Program-made: the position numbers and the translations under genes | The notes under the pieces: model-generated | What the model was told of the DNA's origin: nothing | Seen by the model: the letters and a program-made list of their open reading frames with translations, nothing else | Databases searched by the model: none | In this document: one piece after another, positions 1 through 6,512 of the stretch | Layout: the number at the start of each line of letters is the position of its first letter | Numbering within the stretch: the first letter of the stretch is position 1 | Source: Candidatus Thorarchaeota archaeon | GTDB taxonomy: Archaea > Asgardarchaeota > Thorarchaeia > Thorarchaeales > Thorarchaeaceae | Length of the DNA stretch: 10,214 nucleotides | Assembly: GCA_016840855.1 (NCBI GenBank) | Contig: JAEORO010000097.1 | Coordinates: 1 to 10,214 of the forward strand | Reading direction: 5' to 3'

Positions 1-40
1 TGCCGCAGTGGCCTAGCCTGGTTAGGGCGCGAGACTCATA

Positions 41-97
41 ATCTTCTTGGGATTCCCAAGATATAATCGGGGTCATTGAGACCGCGCCTGATGAGGC
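41..97 (+). other. tRNA-Met intron at canonical position 37/38 (57 nt)
   Basis: BHB: central helix CTCA (35-38)/TGAG (92-95), bulges TA|A (39-41) and GC|A (96-98), outer helix is the anticodon stem. Confidence 0.9.
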
Positions 98-119
98 ATC
101 TCGAAGTCGTGGGCTCGAA

Positions 120-149
120 ACTCTATCACATTTCGTGATAGGGAGATTA
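120..149 (+). other. tRNA-Met intron in the T-loop, position 59/60 (30 nt)
   Basis: 9-bp inner hairpin CTCTATCAC (121-129)/GTGATAGGG (135-143). Bulges AA|A (118-120) and TA|T (148-150); outer helix is the T-stem. The central 4-nt helix is relaxed (2 Watson-Crick pairs). A boundary of 119-148 gives the same spliced product. Confidence 0.85.
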
Positions 150-198
150 TCCCACCTGCGGCACCATCTCATTAAAAGCATCTCATCAAAAATTTCAC

Positions 199-217
199 TC
201 ATGACGGGGTTATTAGG
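199..217 (+). promoter_or_regulatory. Putative promoter motif TCATGAC-N3-GTTATTAGG upstream of the small ORF at 238
   Basis: TATA-like TTATTAG starts 28 nt before the ATG (leaderless spacing). A near-identical motif lies at 4182-4200. Confidence 0.6.
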
Positions 218-237
218 AACAATCTACACTCAAAACC

Positions 238-450
238 ATGAAGAAAGAAAAGTGGAAATTAGTAGGTGGTCGTGTCTATAGACTTGTGGAAGTCTTTGAC
301 AACATAGTTGATGCAACACTACAAGCTCGAGAATTGAAAGAAAATAATCATGTGTTCCTCTCAAAGCTGAGGAAAAATCATTGGGCTGTTTATTATAGAC
401 CAAAGGATCCTAATATTGAATGTACTCCCAAGCACTTCAATTTAGTATAG
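238..450 (+). CDS. Small hypothetical protein (70 aa), paralogue of 4221..4424
   Basis: Aligns without gaps to the 4221 ORF (WxLxxGxVYRLV ... WAVYxRPK), which supports real coding status. Confidence 0.8.
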   Translation: MKKEKWKLVGGRVYRLVEVFDNIVDATLQARELKENNHVFLSKLRKNHWAVYYRPKDPNIECTPKHFNLV

Positions 451-472
451 GTTATTTTCATTTCCATTGGTG

Positions 473-481
473 CTTAATAGA
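473..481 (+). promoter_or_regulatory. Putative TATA box (CTTAATAGA) for the ORF at 502
   Basis: TTAATAG starts 28 nt before ATG 502, the same spacing as for the ORFs at 238 and 4221. Confidence 0.45.
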
Positions 482-501
482 TTCTAAAAGAACATAGAAT
501 C

Positions 502-813
502 ATGACATTCGATCCAATAGTAACCGAGGATGATATTGAGAATAGAAGAATTAAGATTGAATCTTTGGGTAGAATTGTCAGGCAGCTTCAACGACCACAT
601 TTTGAGAAACTCATTCGAGAATCAGTCATCTCAGGAGTTGTTGATATAACAGACTGGACAATTGATGCCGTGAAAACACTACTAAAAGTCTGTGCAGAAA
701 AAAATCTCAAAATTACACTAAAAAATGGCGCGAGATACCTCATGCCGGTTATGTATCCAAATGCCCAGATGTTAGAATCATTCGCAAATGTCATCGTGTC
801 TGGTGAATGGTGA
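502..813 (+). CDS. Hypothetical protein (103 aa)
   Basis: ATG-start ORF filling the gap between neighbours on the same strand, with protein-like composition. No family recognised. Confidence 0.7.
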   Translation: MTFDPIVTEDDIENRRIKIESLGRIVRQLQRPHFEKLIRESVISGVVDITDWTIDAVKTLLKVCAEKNLKITLKNGARYLMPVMYPNAQMLESFANVIVSGEW

Positions 814-880
814 AGCATTTCTAACCGCGCTTTGAAAATCTCTTTATTGCCGCTTGATATGAACAAAGTAGGTGATACTC

Positions 881-2086
881 ATGGTGTTCGCTTTCAAGAC
901 GCTCGATGATATAGATTATGTTGGAAAGAAAATACTACTTCGTGTTGACATGAATTGCTCAGTAGATCCTGAAACTAAACAAATTACTGATATTTCACGA
1001 ATTGAAGCAATCCAAGAAACGTTAAATGAACTCTCTAGAAGCAAAGTAGTTCTGATGGCTCACCAAGGAAGTCCAGGAAGTGATGATTTTATCTCACTTG
1101 AACAGCATACTGAAATCCTAAAGCAACTTGGATTCAGAGCGAGCTTCATTGACGACATCTTTGGAGAAAAGGCAAAGAAAGCTATATCTCAGGTCAAAAA
1201 TGGCGAAATTCTAGTTCTTCAGAACGTCAGATATTTTGAAGGCGAACTAAAAAAAGCACCACCTTCTGAAGTTGCCAAGGAGAAAATTGTACAAGAGCTT
1301 TACCCCCTTTTCGATTTCTTTGTGAATGATGCCTTCGGAGCTTCACATCGTTCCCAGGCATCAATTGTTGGATTTACTACAGTACTCCCATCTGTTGCTG
1401 GAAGACTTGTAGAGAAAGAGATTCGTACACTTACTGCTGCAACAGATACTGACCAGCATCCTTGGACTCTAGTACTTGGAGGAAGTAAAGTAGAAGATAA
1501 GGTTGACATACTAAATAAGCTTCTAGCAACCAACAGAGTTGATAATGCACTCCTAGGGGGGCTCATTGGAACACTCTTTCTTATAGCTGATGCAAAAGTT
1601 CCTGAGAGCTACTCGAAATCAATCAAAGGTTATGATTCAGCAGTCGACACAGCACGAAAACTTCTGAGCAAATACCCAGACATTATGATACTTCCTGAGG
1701 ATGCCTCTGTAGAGAGAAATGGGGAAAGGTTTGACTGCACTTTCACCCAAATGCAAAATCACCCGTTCTTAGATATTGGCTTGAAGACATCTAAAAAGTA
1801 TGCAAGAATCATCAAGGACTCTGCAGTAGTTTTTGCCAATGGCCCAATGGGATATTTTGAGAAAGAGGTTTTTGCAAAAGGTACAACTGAAGTGCTAAAA
1901 GCAATTGCAGAATGCAAAGGAGTTACTGTTGTGGGTGGAGGTCACATGGGAGCTATGGCAAAGAAGATGTCACTCGAAAATCGTATTACACATATTAGCA
2001 CTGGAGGCGGGGCAACAATTAATTTCCTAACTGGAAAAAAATTAGATCTAATTGCTGCTCTGGAAGCTGCTGCTCAGAGAATGTAA
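881..2086 (+). CDS. pgk: Phosphoglycerate kinase
   Basis: Motifs LLRVDMN, AHQGSPG, QNVRY, FVNDAFGASHR, LGGSK, ANGPMGYFE, VGGGH and HISTGGGA. Start moved from GTG 872 to ATG 881 because AGGTGA (870-875) is a ribosome-binding site. Confidence 0.97.
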   Translation: MVFAFKTLDDIDYVGKKILLRVDMNCSVDPETKQITDISRIEAIQETLNELSRSKVVLMAHQGSPGSDDFISLEQHTEILKQLGFRASFIDDIFGEKAKKAISQVKNGEILVLQNVRYFEGELKKAPPSEVAKEKIVQELYPLFDFFVNDAFGASHRSQASIVGFTTVLPSVAGRLVEKEIRTLTAATDTDQHPWTLVLGGSKVEDKVDILNKLLATNRVDNALLGGLIGTLFLIADAKVPESYSKSIKGYDSAVDTARKLLSKYPDIMILPEDASVERNGERFDCTFTQMQNHPFLDIGLKTSKKYARIIKDSAVVFANGPMGYFEKEVFAKGTTEVLKAIAECKGVTVVGGGHMGAMAKKMSLENRITHISTGGGATINFLTGKKLDLIAALEAAAQRM

Positions 2087-2124
2087 AATTAATTTTAAAA
2101 GTTGGCTTTAGATTACGAAATAGG

Positions 2125-2200
2125 TGGAGCCCCAGGCGAGATTTGAACTCGCGACCTGCTGATTACAAGTCAGCCGCTATAGCCTCTAAGCCACTGGGGC
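2125..2200 (-). tRNA. tRNA-Thr(TGT), intronless, CCA encoded
   Basis: Reverse complement GCCCCAG TG GCTTAGAGGCTATAGC G GCTGA CT-TGT-AA TCAGC AGGTC GCGAG TTCAAAT CTCGC CTGGGGC T CCA (76 nt). Confidence 0.97.
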
Positions 2201-2223
2201 ACAACCTGCTGGTCAATCTGAAC

Positions 2224-2240
2224 ATATTATAGAGTTTTCG
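2224..2240 (-). promoter_or_regulatory. BRE/TATA promoter of tRNA-Thr
   Basis: Minus strand CGAAAACTCTATAATAT, about 25-40 nt upstream of the tRNA 5' end. Confidence 0.6.
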
Positions 2241-2251
2241 TAGCAGCACCT

Positions 2252-2794
2252 CTACTTGTCATGATACACATTATCTATGATAATGGCGTAAGCGAGTAAC
2301 ATCATTCTGGGTGCCATAGGATCAACAATGTGAATCACATATCTGTCTTTGAAGTTGAAGGCTGGAGCAAAGATATCTCTCCACTTATCGCTTTTCTTGA
2401 TTTCAGCGTATACTCTATTCTTATCATGAGCGTCTGTGATTGTAAAGTTCCACTTCATGACTCCGCCTTGAGCTTTGTATATCATTCTGTCCTCTGAATC
2501 ATACATATCAACAGAGCCTCTTATTGCAATCATAGGTTTCTTTCCTCGACCAATCAGTTCACCTGTGGGTGCTTTGACATCATAGATTGGGCGAGCGCTC
2601 ACCAGTTTCTTATTGATAATACAAACAACAGAATCATCAGGGTTTCTCAACTCAATTTCAGCACGCATCGATATGAGTTTCCTCTTCATTGATCCTATTT
2701 TCTCACCGTGCGTGTTGTAAATGTCACCACCGCCAAACTTCCACGCTTTTTCATGTAGCACATAAAATTCAATTGATGGGTCAAAAAGGCTCAT
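2252..2794 (-). CDS. LURP-one-related / scramblase / tubby-like beta-barrel protein (180 aa)
   Basis: Repeated units of the type [IY]xxxxGxxIGxxxxK, a C-terminal DRYVIHI strand and a hydrophobic helix MMLLAYAIIID, typical of LURP-one/scramblase folds. RBS AGGTGA lies upstream. Confidence 0.75.
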   Translation of the reverse strand: MSLFDPSIEFYVLHEKAWKFGGGDIYNTHGEKIGSMKRKLISMRAEIELRNPDDSVVCIINKKLVSARPIYDVKAPTGELIGRGKKPMIAIRGSVDMYDSEDRMIYKAQGGVMKWNFTITDAHDKNRVYAEIKKSDKWRDIFAPAFNFKDRYVIHIVDPMAPRMMLLAYAIIIDNVYHDK

Positions 2795-3152
2795 ATTTCA
2801 TCACCTTGAATAGTTATTTGTATGAAATAAATCCAATTAAGACAAACTAGGCTGCATACCTAATATTGAAGTCAATACCAGTGAATGAAAGATATAGCAA
2901 CACTTCCAATAGAAAGATTAACTCGACCTCCTCTGAAATTGGCAGTTAGCCATCAACCATTATCTAATAAGTGTTAAATTTCATCCAAGAATGAAATATC
3001 TTTATGAGTGCCCATGTTTAAGTAACTGATAAGGACCATTTCCCTAAGGAATAAGACACACGTCTTACAAACCCTAATCCTTACGAGAAAAGTAAAATAG
3101 CGTACAAAATTGCCTAGGAAGGCATAGGACGAAGTACTAGTAGGTGAAACAA

Positions 3153-4118
3153 TTGCAAACCCCCTATTCACAATTCGCAGGATCCATAGTAGACCTATTC
3201 AGACCAATCTCAGACTTTTTCCAATCTCTTGGTATCCCATTTGGCCCAATAGCATGGATGTTTATCATAGCTGTAACTCCATTGTTTCTGATAATAGTCC
3301 TACTGGTGTTTCGTGGACGTCGTGTTTCCAAAAGTGCTGGTGTAGATGAGGGAATTAGGAAAATCATCGCATCAACTGGTGATGTTTCAACCGGTATCTC
3401 AGGTGCAAAGAAACTCAAATTCCTAAAAACGCCATCACAGGCACTGGTTTTTCTGAAAATTGAAGAGAATGCTATCCAACAAGCTCTATCTGCAATTGAT
3501 TACTTCAATCAACAGGGTGACATTGATGAATCCATAAAGGACAAGCTTGTCACTGTATACCAAGATCGTCTTGCATCTGTACGAGATGCTTTAGCAAGAG
3601 ATGAACAACTCAAGGAAATAGTAGACACATCTTCTGCAGTTGATAGAGCACGTTCAGATTATCTAGCGAAACTTGCTGCAATGTCAGGAACTGCTGTTGA
3701 ATCTGATACAGAAGATGCTGGACCGTCCAGTGTTGGAATGCCTGACGTGGTAAGTACCGGTCCCCCCAGTGGTGGTCCCCCAGGTGGCGGTCCTCCAGGT
3801 GGTGCTCCTCCTAGCGGTGGTCCTCCAGGTGGCGGCCCCCCAAGTGGTGGTCCCCCGGGTGGCGGTCCCCCCAGTGGTGGTCCATCGGGCGGTGCTCCCG
3901 CAGCCCAAGCAGCTCCAATCACAACTCCTCCAAGTGGCGGTCCTCCTAGTGGTGGTCCACCGACTGGTGCAGCTCCTACTACTACACCTCCAAGTAGTGG
4001 TCCACCAGGTGCTGCAACAATTGAAGATGCTCCAAAACCTATGGGTGGAAAGAGTTCTCTACAGTCAGAAATGTTAGCTGAAATGGAGCGATTGAAAGCT
4101 CTCATGGGTGGAGACTGA
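3153..4118 (+). CDS. Membrane-anchored Pro/Gly-rich repeat protein with a helical domain and a C-terminal amphipathic helix
   Basis: TM segment IAWMFIIAVTPLFLIIVLLVF followed by RGRR, then a helical region, 14 PPxGG-type units and a terminal SSLQSEMLAEMERLKALMGGD. Start placed at TTG 3153 after the RBS AGGTGA (3142-3147); the ORF track starts at GTG 3144. Confidence 0.85.
   Translation: MQTPYSQFAGSIVDLFRPISDFFQSLGIPFGPIAWMFIIAVTPLFLIIVLLVFRGRRVSKSAGVDEGIRKIIASTGDVSTGISGAKKLKFLKTPSQALVFLKIEENAIQQALSAIDYFNQQGDIDESIKDKLVTVYQDRLASVRDALARDEQLKEIVDTSSAVDRARSDYLAKLAAMSGTAVESDTEDAGPSSVGMPDVVSTGPPSGGPPGGGPPGGAPPSGGPPGGGPPSGGPPGGGPPSGGPSGGAPAAQAAPITTPPSGGPPSGGPPTGAAPTTTPPSSGPPGAATIEDAPKPMGGKSSLQSEMLAEMERLKALMGGD
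3762..4016 (+). repeat. Coding 15-nt degenerate tandem repeat (PPSGG/PPGGG pentapeptides)
   Basis: Nine contiguous units at 3762-3896 and five more within 3927-4016. Third codon positions vary between units. Confidence 0.9.
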
Positions 4119-4181
4119 GTTTCAGAAACCTGGCAAATGTAAGTATTTTGCATTTACGAGTGAACAAAACGACGATATTCA

Positions 4182-4200
4182 TCATTACACCGTTAATAGG
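4182..4200 (+). promoter_or_regulatory. Putative promoter motif TCATTAC-N3-GTTAATAGG upstream of the small ORF at 4221
   Basis: Matches 199-217 at 14 of the 16 motif positions and lies at the same distance from the ATG. Confidence 0.6.
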
Positions 4201-4220
4201 TAGCATACGGACAATACTAT

Positions 4221-4424
4221 ATGATGCGGCAGTCACGATGGCAATTGATAGATGGCCAAGTTTATCGGTTAGTAGATATACTTCATAGTAAGATAAATGC
4301 TGAAATTTTAGCCAAATCCCTTGAGGATAACTGTGCTATCGTCATCATATCAACAGAGGATAACAAATGGGCAGTGTACTGGAGACCCAAAACTGGAACT
4401 CTATGTCCATATGGTGTCGTCTAA
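4221..4424 (+). CDS. Small hypothetical protein (67 aa), paralogue of 238..450
   Basis: 21 identities over 56 ungapped positions with the 238 ORF (counted by hand). A T-rich tract follows the stop codon. Confidence 0.8.
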   Translation: MMRQSRWQLIDGQVYRLVDILHSKINAEILAKSLEDNCAIVIISTEDNKWAVYWRPKTGTLCPYGVV

Positions 4425-4494
4425 TTTTTCTCTCTCGGAAGGCTTTTGGGAAGCTTAGTGTACAAGTCAATCATTCACTAATGGTGGCCACGAC

Positions 4495-5178
4495 ATGTCG
4501 AGAGTGAAGCTGAATGCGGCAAAAAGTGTTCTAGAAAAGATACCCAAGACAGGTCCAATTGGTCTTGGCAGTGGATCTACAATTGCAATCTTTGCAAAAG
4601 AGCTTGGAAAACGGATTTTGAATGGTGAGAATGACATCTGTGTCGTACCTAGTTCTTACCAAGCTTACCAATTAGCTATACAATATCAAATTCCTCTCAC
4701 AAATCTTGACATCAATCCAGAATTGGTGATGACAATCGATGGTGCTGATGAGGTTGATAGAAATCTCAACTTAACAAAAGGTGGAGGTGGTGCACTATTT
4801 CAGGAGAAAGTGGTTGCTTCAGCCTCAGAGAAGCTAATAATAATTGTAGATGAATCCAAACTTGTGGACCGACTTGCCTCAAAATTCATGATACCTATAG
4901 AGGTTCTTCCATTCTCCATTGGTGTAGTCAAAAAGAAAATCAGAAACATAGGAATTGAACCCATTGTACGACAAGCTGAGAAAAAGATGGGCCCTGTAGT
5001 GACAGATAATGGGAACTTTATCATAGATCTCAAATTTCCAAAACCAATTGATAATCCTGCAAAAGTCGCAGTAGATTTGAAGATGATACCGGGTGTTATA
5101 GAAACTGGTCTATTTGTCGGAATGACTGACGAAGTACATGTGGGCAAAGAGGACGGGGTTTACATTCTAAAGAAATAA
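4495..5178 (+). CDS. rpiA: Ribose-5-phosphate isomerase A
   Basis: Motifs GLGSGST, IDGADEVD, KGGGGALFQEK, VVTDNGN and PGVIETGLF. Confidence 0.97.
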   Translation: MSRVKLNAAKSVLEKIPKTGPIGLGSGSTIAIFAKELGKRILNGENDICVVPSSYQAYQLAIQYQIPLTNLDINPELVMTIDGADEVDRNLNLTKGGGGALFQEKVVASASEKLIIIVDESKLVDRLASKFMIPIEVLPFSIGVVKKKIRNIGIEPIVRQAEKKMGPVVTDNGNFIIDLKFPKPIDNPAKVAVDLKMIPGVIETGLFVGMTDEVHVGKEDGVYILKK

Positions 5179-5180
5179 TC

Positions 5181-6287
5181 TTACTGATACATAGACCAGA
5201 ATCTACGGAATTTCTCTGTGTATGATAATACATCCGTTGAGTCAACATACTGGTCTATTCCACCCAGATATTTTGGTAATTGTTTCACTTCATCATCTCT
5301 AATCTTTTCATAAATGGCATCTGCAAAATTATCCGCATGAATTATCATGAATGGACGATTGTGGAACTGTGACACACTGGATGACAAAGAATTGGTAATT
5401 TCAAGGTCGTTGTGTTTCTTGGCCATATACTCATACGCCTTTGCCAAATGATTTTGCCTCTCATCCCAGGTACCAGCATTCATAATCTCCATAAACAAGG
5501 GTGTGAGAATCCTTGCACTTTCAAGCTTGGAAAAAGCCGTACCAAACCATTTGATGTATGGCGTGTATTTTCGTTCCATAAGAAAACAAAGCATCATAAT
5601 ATCGGATATCAATCGTGCTGCAATGATGCGAGAGCCAAGCTCATCACTAACTTGACCAGCTCGGCCCATGAATGCCTCTTCTTGAGCTATTCTTCTCCAT
5701 TGGTTTGACAATAGATAAAGCCACAAGTCATTAGGATAATATTCCAATTTTTTGACGATAGGTTCTAACCTCTCCAAATCGTCACGGAAGACTTGTCCAT
5801 TCGCAATACTCAGCAGTATCTGTTGTGGGAGCACTAGCCAATCTATAATACGTAAATCTTCTGTCGGATTAAAACCCAAATACTCGATAAAGAAGCCGCT
5901 AACTGTGTTAATCATGATCCCATGATTCACAGGCCCATCTTCGATAAGTTCCATTCGTGTGGTGCCATCGTCATGATAACCAAAGTTGGTAGGAAATCCT
6001 CGTATTTCGTATGGAAGGTTTTGACTAAGAACATCATTAAGCTCATCTTTAAGAGTCCCATAGTCAGAATCGTCTAAGAAAATCTGCAATTTAGGTCCCC
6101 AATCATGGTCCATTGACTGTGGTGTATCATACCCCAACACATCTGAACCATGTCCTATACGAGCAGCAGAATAAACGAGCTCTGGAAAGTGTTCGTCTAT
6201 AATAGGTTTCACAGCTTCTTCATAGAATGCTTTACTCAAATCCAACCCAGGCAAGAAATCATAGAGCGGGTGATTTTCATCACTCAT
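5181..6287 (-). CDS. DUF4037-domain protein, nucleotidyltransferase-like N-terminus (368 aa)
   Basis: GLDLSKAFY, GHGSDVLGYDTPQSMDHDWGP (GS...DxD), NGQVFRD, YYP, QEEAFMGR and PYIKW motifs recalled as characteristic of DUF4037 proteins. Confidence 0.8.
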   Translation of the reverse strand: MSDENHPLYDFLPGLDLSKAFYEEAVKPIIDEHFPELVYSAARIGHGSDVLGYDTPQSMDHDWGPKLQIFLDDSDYGTLKDELNDVLSQNLPYEIRGFPTNFGYHDDGTTRMELIEDGPVNHGIMINTVSGFFIEYLGFNPTEDLRIIDWLVLPQQILLSIANGQVFRDDLERLEPIVKKLEYYPNDLWLYLLSNQWRRIAQEEAFMGRAGQVSDELGSRIIAARLISDIMMLCFLMERKYTPYIKWFGTAFSKLESARILTPLFMEIMNAGTWDERQNHLAKAYEYMAKKHNDLEITNSLSSSVSQFHNRPFMIIHADNFADAIYEKIRDDEVKQLPKYLGGIDQYVDSTDVLSYTEKFRRFWSMYQ

Positions 6288-6340
6288 CCAATTATCTCCA
6301 TATTTGATAATGGCCTTACAGGATTTGGATATTACGGCTC

Positions 6341-6350
6341 GAAAATAAAA
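6341..6350 (-). terminator. Oligo-T terminator after tRNA-Arg(CCT)
   Basis: Minus strand TTTTATTTTC one base after the CCA end. Confidence 0.5.
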
Positions 6351-6351
6351 G

Positions 6352-6458
6352 TGGCGGGCCCGCCCGGATTTGAACCGGGGATTACTAACTTAGGAGGCTA
6401 GTGCCCTATTAACCTCCAACGAGTCATTTCTCGTAGGTCCAGGCTAGGCCACGGGCCC
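6352..6458 (-). tRNA. tRNA-Arg(CCT) with a D-loop intron, CCA encoded
   Basis: Reverse complement GGGCCCG TG GCCT AGCCTGG[29-nt intron]ATA GGGC A CTAGC CT-CCT-AA GTTAG TAATC CCCGG TTCAAAT CCGGG CGGGCCC G CCA; 78 nt when spliced. Confidence 0.95.
6410..6438 (-). other. tRNA-Arg(CCT) intron at 19/20 (29 nt)
   Basis: Full BHB: outer helix CCTA/TAGG, central helix GCCT/AGGT, bulges GG|A and TA|A, inner hairpin CCTACGAG/CTCGTTGG. Confidence 0.9.
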
Positions 6459-6486
6459 TTGAATTCGAGCTTGAAAGATGTTTGTT

Positions 6487-6499
6487 GTTAAAGTTTTTG
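6487..6499 (-). promoter_or_regulatory. BRE/TATA promoter of tRNA-Arg(CCT)
   Basis: Minus strand CAAAAACTTTAAC, about 30-40 nt upstream of the tRNA. Confidence 0.55.
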
Positions 6500-6512
6500 T
6501 AATACTAGACCA

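Larger units (their letters stand above)
2..166 (+). tRNA. tRNA-Met(CAT), elongator type, multi-intron, CCA encoded
   Basis: Acceptor stem GCCGCAG (2-8)/CTGCGGC (156-162), discriminator A163, CCA 164-166. D-stem GCCT/GGGC; anticodon stem CGAGA (30-34)/TCTCG (99-103) with CAT at 37-39; T-stem GTGGG (109-113)/CCCAC (151-155). Removing 41-97 and 120-149 gives a 78-nt cloverleaf. The 5' GCC start fits archaeal elongator Met better than initiator Met or Ile2. Confidence 0.93.

Noticed and set aside
88-94. Box C/D guide RNA in the tRNA-Met intron (CTGA and TGATGA present)
   Set aside because: The two words overlap (CTGATGA) and are explained by BHB pairing with the anticodon loop. There is no properly spaced C-D'/C'-D layout.
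3762-4016. GC-rich periodic repeats as a CRISPR array or non-coding VNTR
   Set aside because: The units are 15 nt, in frame, have no unique spacers and vary at synonymous positions. This is a coding peptide repeat.
4080-4106. Exact MIM1 motif at the C-terminus of the Pro-rich protein
   Set aside because: RLxxL is present, but the hydrophobic residue expected three positions before R is Glu and the terminal basic residue is absent. Kept only as a loose hypothesis.
3659-4153. Alternative ORFs over the repeat (3659-4153 -, 3684-3908 -, 3769-4077 +)
   Set aside because: These are stop-free shadows of the low-complexity Pro/Gly codons. The + frame from 3153 has the RBS, TM helix and coherent architecture.
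5181-6351. DUF4037 gene as an island integrated at the 3' end of tRNA-Arg(CCT)
   Set aside because: I could not see a duplicated tRNA 3' fragment (att site), an integrase or terminal repeats. Horizontal origin remains untested.
6150-6401. ORF 6150-6401 (+) ending in GPPGFEPG
   Set aside because: This is a typical antisense translation of a tRNA T-arm, and it overlaps both DUF4037 and tRNA-Arg.
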